DNA of 64,000 nt from a virus: positions 32,001-96,000 of the IMG/VR virus record IMGVR_UViG_3300028840_002524; one strand, 5' to 3'. Both the position numbers and the translations under genes were made by a program. Every line of letters starts with the position of its first letter. Positions within the stretch are counted from its first letter, which is position 1. The notes under the pieces were generated by a model. The model worked only from the letters and a program-made list of their open reading frames with translations, had not been told where the DNA came from and did no database searches. Positions 49,459 through 57,128 of this stretch are shown here, in pieces.

Positions 49459-50937
49459 ATGGCGAAAGCAAAGCGTGACCTGGGGGGCTCCCCCGAGAAA
49501 GGCCGTGAGCGCATCCGCGTGGCCTCCGAGATCATCAACAAGAAGTACGGCACCCACACGGCCCTCCCTTTGAACGTGGCGGCCGTCGCCGACGTGGAGC
49601 GCCTCCCTTTCGGCGTGCTGTCCCTGGACTGGAAAACGCGGGGAGGGATCGTCGTGGGCCGGGTGAACCGGCTGTGGGGGAAGAAGAGCACCCTCAAGAC
49701 AACCCTGTGCCTCCGGGCCGTCGCGCAGGCGCAGCGGCACTGCCGCCACTGCAAGGCCCCCATCGTGCAGGACCCGGTGACCGAGAAGCGGAATTGCCGG
49801 TGCCCGAACCCGAGATTCACCATGGCGAACCCGGAGCAGTTCAGCCTGCTCACCCAGGAGCAAACGATCCAGACGCGCTACGGCATCCTCCCGGGCCCGG
49901 CCACGCTGAAAAATCCCTGGGTCACGGTCAAGAACAGTAGCGGAAAGAACATCAAGGTGCTGTTCGAGGAGACGGACCGGAACGAGCCGTGGCGCTGCAT
50001 TTTCATCGACACCGAGCGCACCATCGACAAGAAGTGGGCCCAGAACAACGGCGTGGACACCTCCCTCGTGGCCCTCGTGGGCGGCAAGTGGGCCGAGATG
50101 GTCCTGGACACTACCGAGGAGCTCATCCTCACGGGCGACTTCGACCTCATCGTGATCGACTCTCTTGCCATGCTCACCCCCGAGGACGAGGTGAGCAAGT
50201 CCCACCGGGAGAACCCCAAGGTGGCCGGGCAGGCCGGGGTCATGACGCGGGCAGTCAAGAAGTGGCTCAGCGCCATGAACGAAGAGGGGCTCATGAATCG
50301 CTACGCCCCCACCATCCTGTGCACCGATCAGGTACGCATGAAGGGGATCGGCTACGGGCAGCACGCCCATCTCGCGCCAGCGGCGTCGAACGCCATCGAC
50401 CACTCCCTCTCCCTCGACATCGGGATGCGGGCCGGGGGCTACGAGTTCGACGGGGACGTTGCCAAGTACGGGACCTTCGACTACACGGTGGACAAGAACA
50501 AGGCCGGTGGATCTCCCAAGGTGAAAGGGTCCTTCCGATTCTGGCTCAAGCCCACACGCGGCCGGGCCGTCGGTGACGTGGAGGACATGAAGGTCGTGAT
50601 GGCGGAGGCCCGCAGCCTCGGGATCATCGAGGACGGCAAGGGCAAGTACACCCTCCTGTCCGAGTACCTGGAGGAGGGGGAAGAGACCTTCAAGACCCTC
50701 AAGGCCCTCACGGCATTCCTCGAAAATAACCCGACCGTCTACGCCGATGTGCGTGCCCGGACCCTCCAATGCCTCATCATGAAGGATGAGGAGGGCGAGA
50801 TCGTGCTCGGTTCAGAGGCCGAGAAGAAGGTCGAAGAGAAGCCTGTTGAGGCTGTCGAGAAGCCGAAGCGCAAGCAGGGCAAGAAAAAGGGTGTCAAGAA
50901 GAGCGAGAACCCTCTCACCCAGAAGTTCAAGGTGTGA
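49459..50937 (+). CDS. recA: RecA/UvsX-like recombinase with Cys-rich insertion
   Basis: 'G.LSLD...GGI..GR', Walker A variant 'GKKSTLKTT', 'FIDTE', 'LIVIDSLAMLTP', 'QVRMK', 'KNK'. Confidence 0.9.
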   Translation: MAKAKRDLGGSPEKGRERIRVASEIINKKYGTHTALPLNVAAVADVERLPFGVLSLDWKTRGGIVVGRVNRLWGKKSTLKTTLCLRAVAQAQRHCRHCKAPIVQDPVTEKRNCRCPNPRFTMANPEQFSLLTQEQTIQTRYGILPGPATLKNPWVTVKNSSGKNIKVLFEETDRNEPWRCIFIDTERTIDKKWAQNNGVDTSLVALVGGKWAEMVLDTTEELILTGDFDLIVIDSLAMLTPEDEVSKSHRENPKVAGQAGVMTRAVKKWLSAMNEEGLMNRYAPTILCTDQVRMKGIGYGQHAHLAPAASNAIDHSLSLDIGMRAGGYEFDGDVAKYGTFDYTVDKNKAGGSPKVKGSFRFWLKPTRGRAVGDVEDMKVVMAEARSLGIIEDGKGKYTLLSEYLEEGEETFKTLKALTAFLENNPTVYADVRARTLQCLIMKDEEGEIVLGSEAEKKVEEKPVEAVEKPKRKQGKKKGVKKSENPLTQKFKV

Positions 50938-51030
50938 CACCGCTCAAGAGTCAGGGGTGGCTCGTTCCCGTTCCGGTCTCATGGCCGGGACGGGGTGATT
51001 AACAGAATTGGACGAGAGTAAGGAGGAATC

Positions 51031-51216
51031 GTGAAAAAGAAAATGTTCAAAATAAGATACGACGGGAGCCATTGCACCTTCGATAGCATGGAAGGGGCAT
51101 TGGAAGAGATCAAGGTTTTCATGCGCGAGCAAGACGAACCGTCCATGATTGCTCTCGAATTAGTCGAGATGACGCAGGAAGAATACGACGCACTGCCCGA
51201 ATTTACCGGGTGGTAG
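51031..51216 (+). CDS. small acidic hypothetical protein
   Basis: AAGGAGG RBS; ends 'EMTQEEYDALPEFTGW', a motif seen in small phage proteins. Confidence 0.75.
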   Translation: MKKKMFKIRYDGSHCTFDSMEGALEEIKVFMREQDEPSMIALELVEMTQEEYDALPEFTGW

Positions 51217-51238
51217 CAGATTCGGAAGAATGTGAAGA

Positions 51239-51433
51239 GTGATGAAGTATTCTTGCGCCATTCACCGTGTGGGAAAGCAAGCAAAGAAAGGCGAAAAGTT
51301 TTGCCTTTCGAACCACAGGGGATCGCTTCTGTTTTGCACCAGAGCAGAGGGCCACAAAGGCGACCACGTTGCGCACGGTGTCGGCGGCAAACCGTTGAAG
51401 AGATGGCGAAACCCTTGGAAGAAAAAGAATTAA
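51239..51433 (+). CDS. small Cys/His (metal-binding) protein
   Basis: 'FCLS...FCTRAEGHKGDHVAH' C-x4-GH-x-G-x-H pattern. Confidence 0.55.
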   Translation: MMKYSCAIHRVGKQAKKGEKFCLSNHRGSLLFCTRAEGHKGDHVAHGVGGKPLKRWRNPWKKKN

Positions 51434-51458
51434 CAAACTCGATCATCTGGGAGGGGCA

Positions 51459-52241
51459 ATGAAAGAGATCAGGAAAAAGGAATTCGCCAACGGCTCCGTC
51501 TACGCCCTCGAAACGCACGATGGCTATCCGGTCGAGGTTACTGATACCTTTTTGCCGTTCTACACGAAAGACGCAATCGGCAGGCGGCAAAACGCCCTGA
51601 ACACGCATGATCTTGGCAGCAGGGCGGAGCGATGGATGATAGGCGTTTCTGTGATGAGCGGTTGCCCTGTTGGTTGTCGCTTCTGCGCCACAGGACAACT
51701 ACCGAGGTGGAGGCGACTTGGTGCGGGTGAAATCATAGACCAAATCCGGTTTGTCCTTGAGCGAAGAGATGAACGATTCGAGGACGCGAAGGAATACAAG
51801 ATCAATTATACGAGGATGGGGGAACCATTCTTAAACACCGAACAAGTCAAACTCGCTGTTTTATGGGCAGACCTTGCTACTCCAGGCGTTCACCAGTACA
51901 TCTCAACCATTGGCATTGAAGGATCGGACTTTTCATGGATCAGGAATGACGCAACCCTTCAAATTTCCCTGCATTCATGCGACGAAAAGAAAAGGGACTG
52001 GCTTATCCCATACAAGCGGAAAATGAGCATTGCCGATCTTGGGAAGATTCGAACAGAAAGCAATCTGAAAACCACCTTGAATCTGACTTTGGTGGATGAG
52101 CAGGATTTTGATATTCGTATTCTGAAGGACCATTTTCCAAAAGAAGAATTCTTCGTGAAACTCAGTCCTATAAACCGTAACGCGATCTCTGATTCCCACG
52201 GCCTTGGAGGCGGGGCAATCAGGACCGCAAACCTGATTTAG
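51459..52241 (+). CDS. RlmN/Cfr-like radical SAM protein, lacking N-terminal domain, resolving Cys and C-terminal AACGQL segment
   Basis: 'VSVMSGCPVGCRFCATG', 'R.L.AGEIIDQI', 'MGEPFLN', 'IST.G', 'QISLHS..EKKR.WLIP'. Confidence 0.9.
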   Translation: MKEIRKKEFANGSVYALETHDGYPVEVTDTFLPFYTKDAIGRRQNALNTHDLGSRAERWMIGVSVMSGCPVGCRFCATGQLPRWRRLGAGEIIDQIRFVLERRDERFEDAKEYKINYTRMGEPFLNTEQVKLAVLWADLATPGVHQYISTIGIEGSDFSWIRNDATLQISLHSCDEKKRDWLIPYKRKMSIADLGKIRTESNLKTTLNLTLVDEQDFDIRILKDHFPKEEFFVKLSPINRNAISDSHGLGGGAIRTANLI

Positions 52242-52249
52242 GGGGCGTT

Positions 52250-52369
52250 ATGGAAGAGATCATCAGGGATCTCGAAAGTTCCGGTTACGACTATGCAGTG
52301 GCGATTGCCACCAAGGCAGAAGTCGAAGCCGGGGCGGCTTGTGGACAACTGTCGGTTGTCTGCGAGTAG
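52250..52369 (+). CDS. 39-aa peptide carrying the RlmN/Cfr methyl-carrier motif AACGQL
   Basis: Translated by hand: MEEIIRDLESSGYDYAVAIATKAEVEAGAACGQLSVVCE*; AGGGGG RBS; absent from the ORF track (<60 aa). Confidence 0.85.
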   Translation: MEEIIRDLESSGYDYAVAIATKAEVEAGAACGQLSVVCE

Positions 52370-52378
52370 GAAAACGTA

Positions 52379-52409
52379 GCGGCTGGCCGGGGAAACCCGG
52401 CTATGCCGC
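52379..52409 (+). terminator. strong hairpin after the radical SAM pair
   Basis: GCGGC-TGGCCGGG-GAAA-CCCGGCTA-T-GCCGC (GNRA loop); weak U tract. Confidence 0.6.
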
Positions 52410-52438
52410 TAACACTCTCGATCAACTGTAAATTTATG

Positions 52439-52467
52439 TTGACAATCGCCTCATGATATGCTATACT
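52439..52467 (+). promoter_or_regulatory. sigma70-type promoter
   Basis: TTGACA-17 bp (ending TGATATGC)-TATACT with AT-rich upstream. Confidence 0.85.
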
Positions 52468-52495
52468 ATACACGGTCAATGGAAAGGTGTGAAGC

Positions 52496-52774
52496 ATGCC
52501 AGAGGCAATGATCGAGTACAAGGATTGCGCGGGTCCGTGGCAGCCCTGGGCGATCCGAGTGGGCACCAGGAAGCAGATCGAGGAATCGGCCCGGAGTCTC
52601 CTTGAGGAGATCAAAGAGGAATACCCTCGCGGGCAGGTGTCCCTCGTGGACGGCCGTGGGAAGCGGCGTGGAGTGCGGCTGAATGGCAGAGAAACCGAGG
52701 CGCAGGAGGACCGAGAACGTCCGAGAGCCGTCACCACGCCGTTCTCGCAAGAGTTCGAGAACCCCCTGGGATGA
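52496..52774 (+). CDS. hypothetical protein
   Basis: First ORF after promoter, AAGGT RBS; overlaps next gene by 92 nt. Confidence 0.5.
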   Translation: MPEAMIEYKDCAGPWQPWAIRVGTRKQIEESARSLLEEIKEEYPRGQVSLVDGRGKRRGVRLNGRETEAQEDRERPRAVTTPFSQEFENPLG

Positions 52775-53138
52775 TCAGGAGCGGGACCACGCTAAGTCAT
52801 TCGGCCGCCAACAGGCCGGGTCCGGGTGCGGGTCCTGCAACAAGGGGGACATCCTCGGCGACGTGCTCCTTCTCGAAGAGTGCAAGACCACATCGGCCGA
52901 GACCCTCCAGATCCCCAAGGGCGTCACCATGAAGATATGCCGGGAGGCCCGCGCAATCGGCCGCACCCCGGCGCTCGGGTTCGGGTACGCCGACATGCCT
53001 CACGGGTTCCCACAGGAGTGGGTGGCCCTCCCCAAGGACGTGCAGGAAGTTTTGTACAGGATCGCCGCGTGCGCTGGCAGCAACCTTGACGATCCGAAGG
53101 TACGAGAGGAGATCAGGGAATGGGCAGCGAGACTGTAG
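52683..53138 (+). CDS. PD-(D/E)XK nuclease (Holliday junction resolvase-like)
   Basis: 'E...A..FG...GSG....KGDI....LLEECKTT'. Confidence 0.75.
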   Translation: MAEKPRRRRTENVREPSPRRSRKSSRTPWDDQERDHAKSFGRQQAGSGCGSCNKGDILGDVLLLEECKTTSAETLQIPKGVTMKICREARAIGRTPALGFGYADMPHGFPQEWVALPKDVQEVLYRIAACAGSNLDDPKVREEIREWAARL

Positions 53139-54088
53139 ACCTCCCCTTCGCGGGCGATAAGACGTGGAACCGTGTCGAGAGGTACCTCGACGTGCGCCCC
53201 AACCGGCGCCCGCGCCACGCCGATTCATTCTTTCACGCCTCCCAGATTCGACGCATGTGCCCCATCTTCGAATACTGGAACCGGACGTGGCTCAAGCAGA
53301 TGAAAAAGGCTCGTGGCAAGAACCGGGAGAAACTCCAGAAGAAGGTGCACGCCTGTCTCTACGCCGACAGGCCGAAAGCCTCTCTCCAGTCCATTTTCGA
53401 CCTGGGAACGGTGCTGCACACCAAGATCCAGTACTACTACGGGGTCATCGGCCTCCTCGTGGGGACGTGGCGGTGCCCCATCTGCGGACACGTCGAGGGG
53501 GACCCGGACGAAAAGCCTATAAAGATGCCAAGGGAAGCGGTGATCAGCGCCAGCGGCCACAAGATATACGACTTCGCCATCTGCCCCAAGTGCAAGAAGA
53601 ATCACAAGACGTGGCCCCACTGGGAGTACGTCGAGCCCTTTGCCATTGACGTATCGGACAGGATTGCGGGGTCCACGGACGGCTTCATCGACTACCGGTA
53701 CGATGGGAAACTGTACCAGGGCATCCTCGAAGTCAAGAGCATCAACGAGAACGGCTTCAATGAGAAGTACGGCGAGCCCCTCCCCAAGGCAGACCACGTG
53801 TTCCAGGCGTCCATCTACATGCACCTCTTCGGCCGCGAGTGGGCCCTCATCCTCTACTACAACAAGAACAAGTCCCAGGTGAAGGAATTCCTCGTTCCGA
53901 AGGACCCCAACGCCTGGACGTACTCCGTGCGCCGGTCTCGGGCCACCACGCAGGCCCTCAAGAAGCAGAAGCCACCCTCCGACGACTGGAGGACGTGCCA
54001 GAAGATCAAGGACCCGGCCGCACGCTCCTGCCCGGCCGCATTCGAGTGTTGGGGCGAGCACCCTCCTGAGAATTTTATGAGCGCGTGA
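53120..54088 (+). CDS. Cas4-like PD-(D/E)XK exonuclease with Cys clusters
   Basis: 'HASQI..MCP', 'GTVLH', 'GSTDG', 'EVKS', 'QASIY', C-terminal C..C...C; CPIC/CPKC insert. Confidence 0.85.
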   Translation: MGSETVDLPFAGDKTWNRVERYLDVRPNRRPRHADSFFHASQIRRMCPIFEYWNRTWLKQMKKARGKNREKLQKKVHACLYADRPKASLQSIFDLGTVLHTKIQYYYGVIGLLVGTWRCPICGHVEGDPDEKPIKMPREAVISASGHKIYDFAICPKCKKNHKTWPHWEYVEPFAIDVSDRIAGSTDGFIDYRYDGKLYQGILEVKSINENGFNEKYGEPLPKADHVFQASIYMHLFGREWALILYYNKNKSQVKEFLVPKDPNAWTYSVRRSRATTQALKKQKPPSDDWRTCQKIKDPAARSCPAAFECWGEHPPENFMSA

Positions 54089-54135
54089 TCCGCTTTTCTG
54101 GTATGCTGTAAACACACAGATACAGAGAGCGGAAT

Positions 54136-54393
54136 ATGGCGGCTACTCGTACATCCAAGAAAAAACAGCGCACACGCAAGCCAGCCCGGCGCGTTCCCAC
54201 GCGGAAAGCGGTAGAAGGGGCCATCAAGAAGCTCGGCTACAAGTCCTTTGACGCCTACCTGTTCGACCGAGCCGGTAAAACCCTTGCCAATATGGCCGAC
54301 GAGCTTGGGGTCCCGCGTCCGTCGTTTACAGCCGAGCACCGGAGGCACATGCTCGAACGGGCCGGTGAGGCCGACCCTTTCAGCTCCGCTTGA
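54136..54393 (+). CDS. small basic HTH protein
   Basis: 'KTLANMADELGVPRPSF'. Confidence 0.65.
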   Translation: MAATRTSKKKQRTRKPARRVPTRKAVEGAIKKLGYKSFDAYLFDRAGKTLANMADELGVPRPSFTAEHRRHMLERAGEADPFSSA

Positions 54394-54418
54394 CACCTGG
54401 GGAAACGCGCTGTAGCTT
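54390..54418 (+). promoter_or_regulatory. possible sigma70-type promoter
   Basis: TTGACA-17 bp-TAGCTT, upstream of GGAGGT RBS and ATG 54449. Confidence 0.55.
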
Positions 54419-54448
54419 ATGCCCTGTCCAAGGTGGAGGTTTCAGCGT

Positions 54449-55222
54449 ATGGACCTGTTCTCCGAGAAAGCAATTCGGAAACTCACACCGGGCGAGATCA
54501 GGCTCCAAGTGGAGTCGATTGCGTCCGGAATTCACCAGAACAACTACGCCCTGGGGGGCTTCATTCAGCGGGTCCGGTCCGACGGCCTGTGGAAGAAGTG
54601 GGGAAAGAGGACCTTCCAGTCCTTCGGCGACTGGTGTTGGGCCATCCTGGGGTTCAAGGATCGAAAGGCCGAGGAGCTCTCCAAGATCCACGGGCGCCTC
54701 CAGGAACTCGAAGTCTCCGGGAAGGTCAAAAGCGAGCTCGTGAATCAGGGATGGACCAAGCTCCGGTTCCTCTCCCGGGTTGTGGATGAGGACAACGCAA
54801 AGGAGTGGCTCGACAAGTCGAAGATGCTCTCCTCGCGTGCCCTCGAAGCGGAGGTCCGCATCGCCAGCGGCGACCCCGATCCCGATACCGAGGACGGCGA
54901 CGATCCTGACCCGGAGCCGAAGCCCAAGCGCGTCCGCATGGGCCTGGAGTTCGACCACCCCGACGACTTCCGCTTCGTGACTGATATTATGGCGGTAATC
55001 GAGCGCCGCACCGGGGAGCGCAGCAACGGTCGTATTATCTCCATGATGGCGACAGCCTACGCGGCCATGCACGTCCGGGACGATGAGGGTGGCATGGCGG
55101 TCGAGGTCGAGCGGATGCTCCAGGCCATGGAGCGCGACTACGGCATCCAGCTCGGCATCATGAACCCGGTGCACAAAAAGGGCAGGAAAAAGGGCGTGAA
55201 GAAGAAAGTCAAGAAAGCGTGA
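54449..55222 (+). CDS. hypothetical DNA-associated protein (DUF3102-like N-terminus)
   Basis: GGAGGT RBS; 'LG..I..V....LW......FGDWC...LGF..R.A'; KKGV tail. Confidence 0.65.
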   Translation: MDLFSEKAIRKLTPGEIRLQVESIASGIHQNNYALGGFIQRVRSDGLWKKWGKRTFQSFGDWCWAILGFKDRKAEELSKIHGRLQELEVSGKVKSELVNQGWTKLRFLSRVVDEDNAKEWLDKSKMLSSRALEAEVRIASGDPDPDTEDGDDPDPEPKPKRVRMGLEFDHPDDFRFVTDIMAVIERRTGERSNGRIISMMATAYAAMHVRDDEGGMAVEVERMLQAMERDYGIQLGIMNPVHKKGRKKGVKKKVKKA

Positions 55223-55509
55223 CCGAGCAGGAACTCATCGCCGAAGCAGACGCCGCGTGTCCCTTCGACGGGAACGATAGGAAGGTGTGGCTCGCCGCTG
55301 TTCGCATGCTCGTGCGAAACGGGGCTGTCCTCTGCCCCACCGTCACGAGCGTCAGGTTCCCGGTCCGCAAGCACGAGGCGCATCGAATCATCAACAGGGC
55401 CGTCGTTCGGGTTCGCATGCTCCTGGACGCGGCCCTCGGTACTGACATCGGGATCGAGGAGGCAGGAGACCGTGGCACCCTCGCGCACAAAGTTTATGCC
55501 ATGCGCTGA
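55219..55509 (+). CDS. hypothetical protein
   Basis: GTGA overlap with upstream stop. Confidence 0.55.
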   Translation: MTEQELIAEADAACPFDGNDRKVWLAAVRMLVRNGAVLCPTVTSVRFPVRKHEAHRIINRAVVRVRMLLDAALGTDIGIEEAGDRGTLAHKVYAMR

Positions 55510-55912
55510 GAACACCGGGGCGGTGGTCTTGGCGCTCTCGGCATTCGACCCGGGCCACTGGGTGGTTCCGCTCCTCCTGTCGGAACTCACCCCCGAGGAG
55601 GCGTTCCGGGTCCTTCGCCTGTGCAGTGGCCTCACGTTCCCCATACACTCCATGCGCGGGGAAGAGGGAATCGAGGAGGAACTCCGGGAGATTCTCAGCG
55701 ACGAAAAGGCCGACGCCATTCTCTCCCTGGGGGACACGCAAACCGTCGATTTCCAGCATTTCCGCGAGCTCCACAAGACCATCGAGACGGCACGCTGCTT
55801 CACATTCGCCCGTGCCCTGGGTCCGGTGAAAGCGGCCGAGCGCCTCGGACTCCCGAAAACAACCGTCCGAGCCCGACGAGCGTACGTGTACCGAAAGCTG
55901 AACGGAGGATAG
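55472..55912 (+). CDS. hypothetical protein with C-terminal HTH
   Basis: 'VKAAERLGLPKTTVR'; start uncertain. Confidence 0.6.
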   Translation: MAPSRTKFMPCAENTGAVVLALSAFDPGHWVVPLLLSELTPEEAFRVLRLCSGLTFPIHSMRGEEGIEEELREILSDEKADAILSLGDTQTVDFQHFRELHKTIETARCFTFARALGPVKAAERLGLPKTTVRARRAYVYRKLNGG

Positions 55913-56335
55913 GTGCAGGCGACCGAGGCCATAGAGGCTGAGAAGAGCTCGACCGGCAAGGACCCGAAGATCCTGGTTCTCTTGCAGCAGAGCATGGAAC
56001 TCCAGCGCATCGTGTCCGTGTGGCCGAGCGTCCCCAAGGACATCGAGAAGCTGTTCGAGAACGTAGAGGCCCCTGTGGACCGGCGGCAGCGGTGGGAGTG
56101 GCTCTGGGGGCGTATCGAAGTGGACAGGGCCGAGTGGCTCCGCCTCGCGTTGCTGGCGAACAATCCGTTCAATCGGGACCTTATCGAGCGGGCCATCACG
56201 CTGAGGATGGTATTCCCGGACGGCTCCCTGCACGGGTGGGTGGACCGCTACGTCTCGTTTATGGCCGTCGGGGTGTTCGCCGGGAAGGGAAAGAAGGGCA
56301 AGAAGGACGATATTCCCCACGTAGCAGAGGGATGA
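55913..56335 (+). CDS. hypothetical protein
   Basis: GGAGG RBS, GTG start immediately after stop. Confidence 0.65.
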   Translation: MQATEAIEAEKSSTGKDPKILVLLQQSMELQRIVSVWPSVPKDIEKLFENVEAPVDRRQRWEWLWGRIEVDRAEWLRLALLANNPFNRDLIERAITLRMVFPDGSLHGWVDRYVSFMAVGVFAGKGKKGKKDDIPHVAEG

Positions 56336-56336
56336 G

Positions 56337-57128
56337 ATGGCGAAACAGGACGGGAAAGTGCAGTGTGCCTTGTGCGGTCGGCTGTTTAAGCAAATTACAG
56401 TGACCCACCTCAAGCAGATGCACCCCGAGATCACCCTTGAGAAATACAAGGAGATTTACGGCCCCACCACGCAGAAAACGAAAGCCCTCGCCACCATCCC
56501 CGAGGAGTCCATGACTCCCATCGCCAAGCAGCTCGTCCACCAGATCATGTCCGACGAAACCCTCGTGAAGGACCTCACCGCCAAGATCGGGGACGGCCTT
56601 TTCGGACAGGCAATGCGCGGCACGACGGCCAAGGCCCTCCTGACCGTCTTGCAGACCCGGATGGCGGCCCTCGAACGGGCGGCCCAGAACGTGGGGAAGG
56701 TGAACTCCGAGCTCTTCTCCGACTGGCGACTCAACAGCGGCCGGGATGACGGCGGCCCCACTCCCACGCACGAGCTGATCAAGATCGCCCAGGTCGGGCA
56801 GACCGAGCTCAGGGACATCGCAGAGATGATCCTGCGCACCGGACAGATGACGGTCCTTGACGGCCAGAGAAACATGGGGCCGAATGTGCAAATCCAGATG
56901 TTCTCAGGGGAGCACGCGAAGGTAACCCTCCCGGAAGGGCTCACCCCGCAGCGCCGAGAGGACATGCGTAGGCTCGCCGAGCGGTACACGCGGCCCAAAA
57001 CAGACATCGACGCCGTGATTGCCAAGGCACGAGCCCTCCGTGACGGCGCGGACGCCGTTCCGGTCCAGGTGGAAGTGAGTGATGCAGCATCCGAATCCGA
57101 AGGAGATAGCGGCGGCTCCTCTGAGTGA
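56337..57128 (+). CDS. C2H2 zinc-finger protein, probable terminase small subunit
   Basis: 'CALC...HLKQMH...Y...YG'; directly upstream of large terminase. Confidence 0.6.
   Translation: MAKQDGKVQCALCGRLFKQITVTHLKQMHPEITLEKYKEIYGPTTQKTKALATIPEESMTPIAKQLVHQIMSDETLVKDLTAKIGDGLFGQAMRGTTAKALLTVLQTRMAALERAAQNVGKVNSELFSDWRLNSGRDDGGPTPTHELIKIAQVGQTELRDIAEMILRTGQMTVLDGQRNMGPNVQIQMFSGEHAKVTLPEGLTPQRREDMRRLAERYTRPKTDIDAVIAKARALRDGADAVPVQVEVSDAASESEGDSGGSSE

Noticed and set aside
51232-51462. 76-aa ORF overlapping the radical SAM start
   Set aside because: Competes with the 51239..51433 frame, which has a recognisable Cys/His motif; no independent support.
52239-52252. Stop-codon readthrough or genetic-code reassignment joining the radical SAM ORF and peptide
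   Set aside because: Peptide is in a different frame, no canonical slippery heptamer, and TAG/TGA/TAA all act as normal stops elsewhere.
53120-54088. Cas4-like gene as sign of a CRISPR-Cas locus
   Set aside because: No cas1/cas2 and no repeat-spacer array seen; solo Cas4-like nucleases are common in phages.
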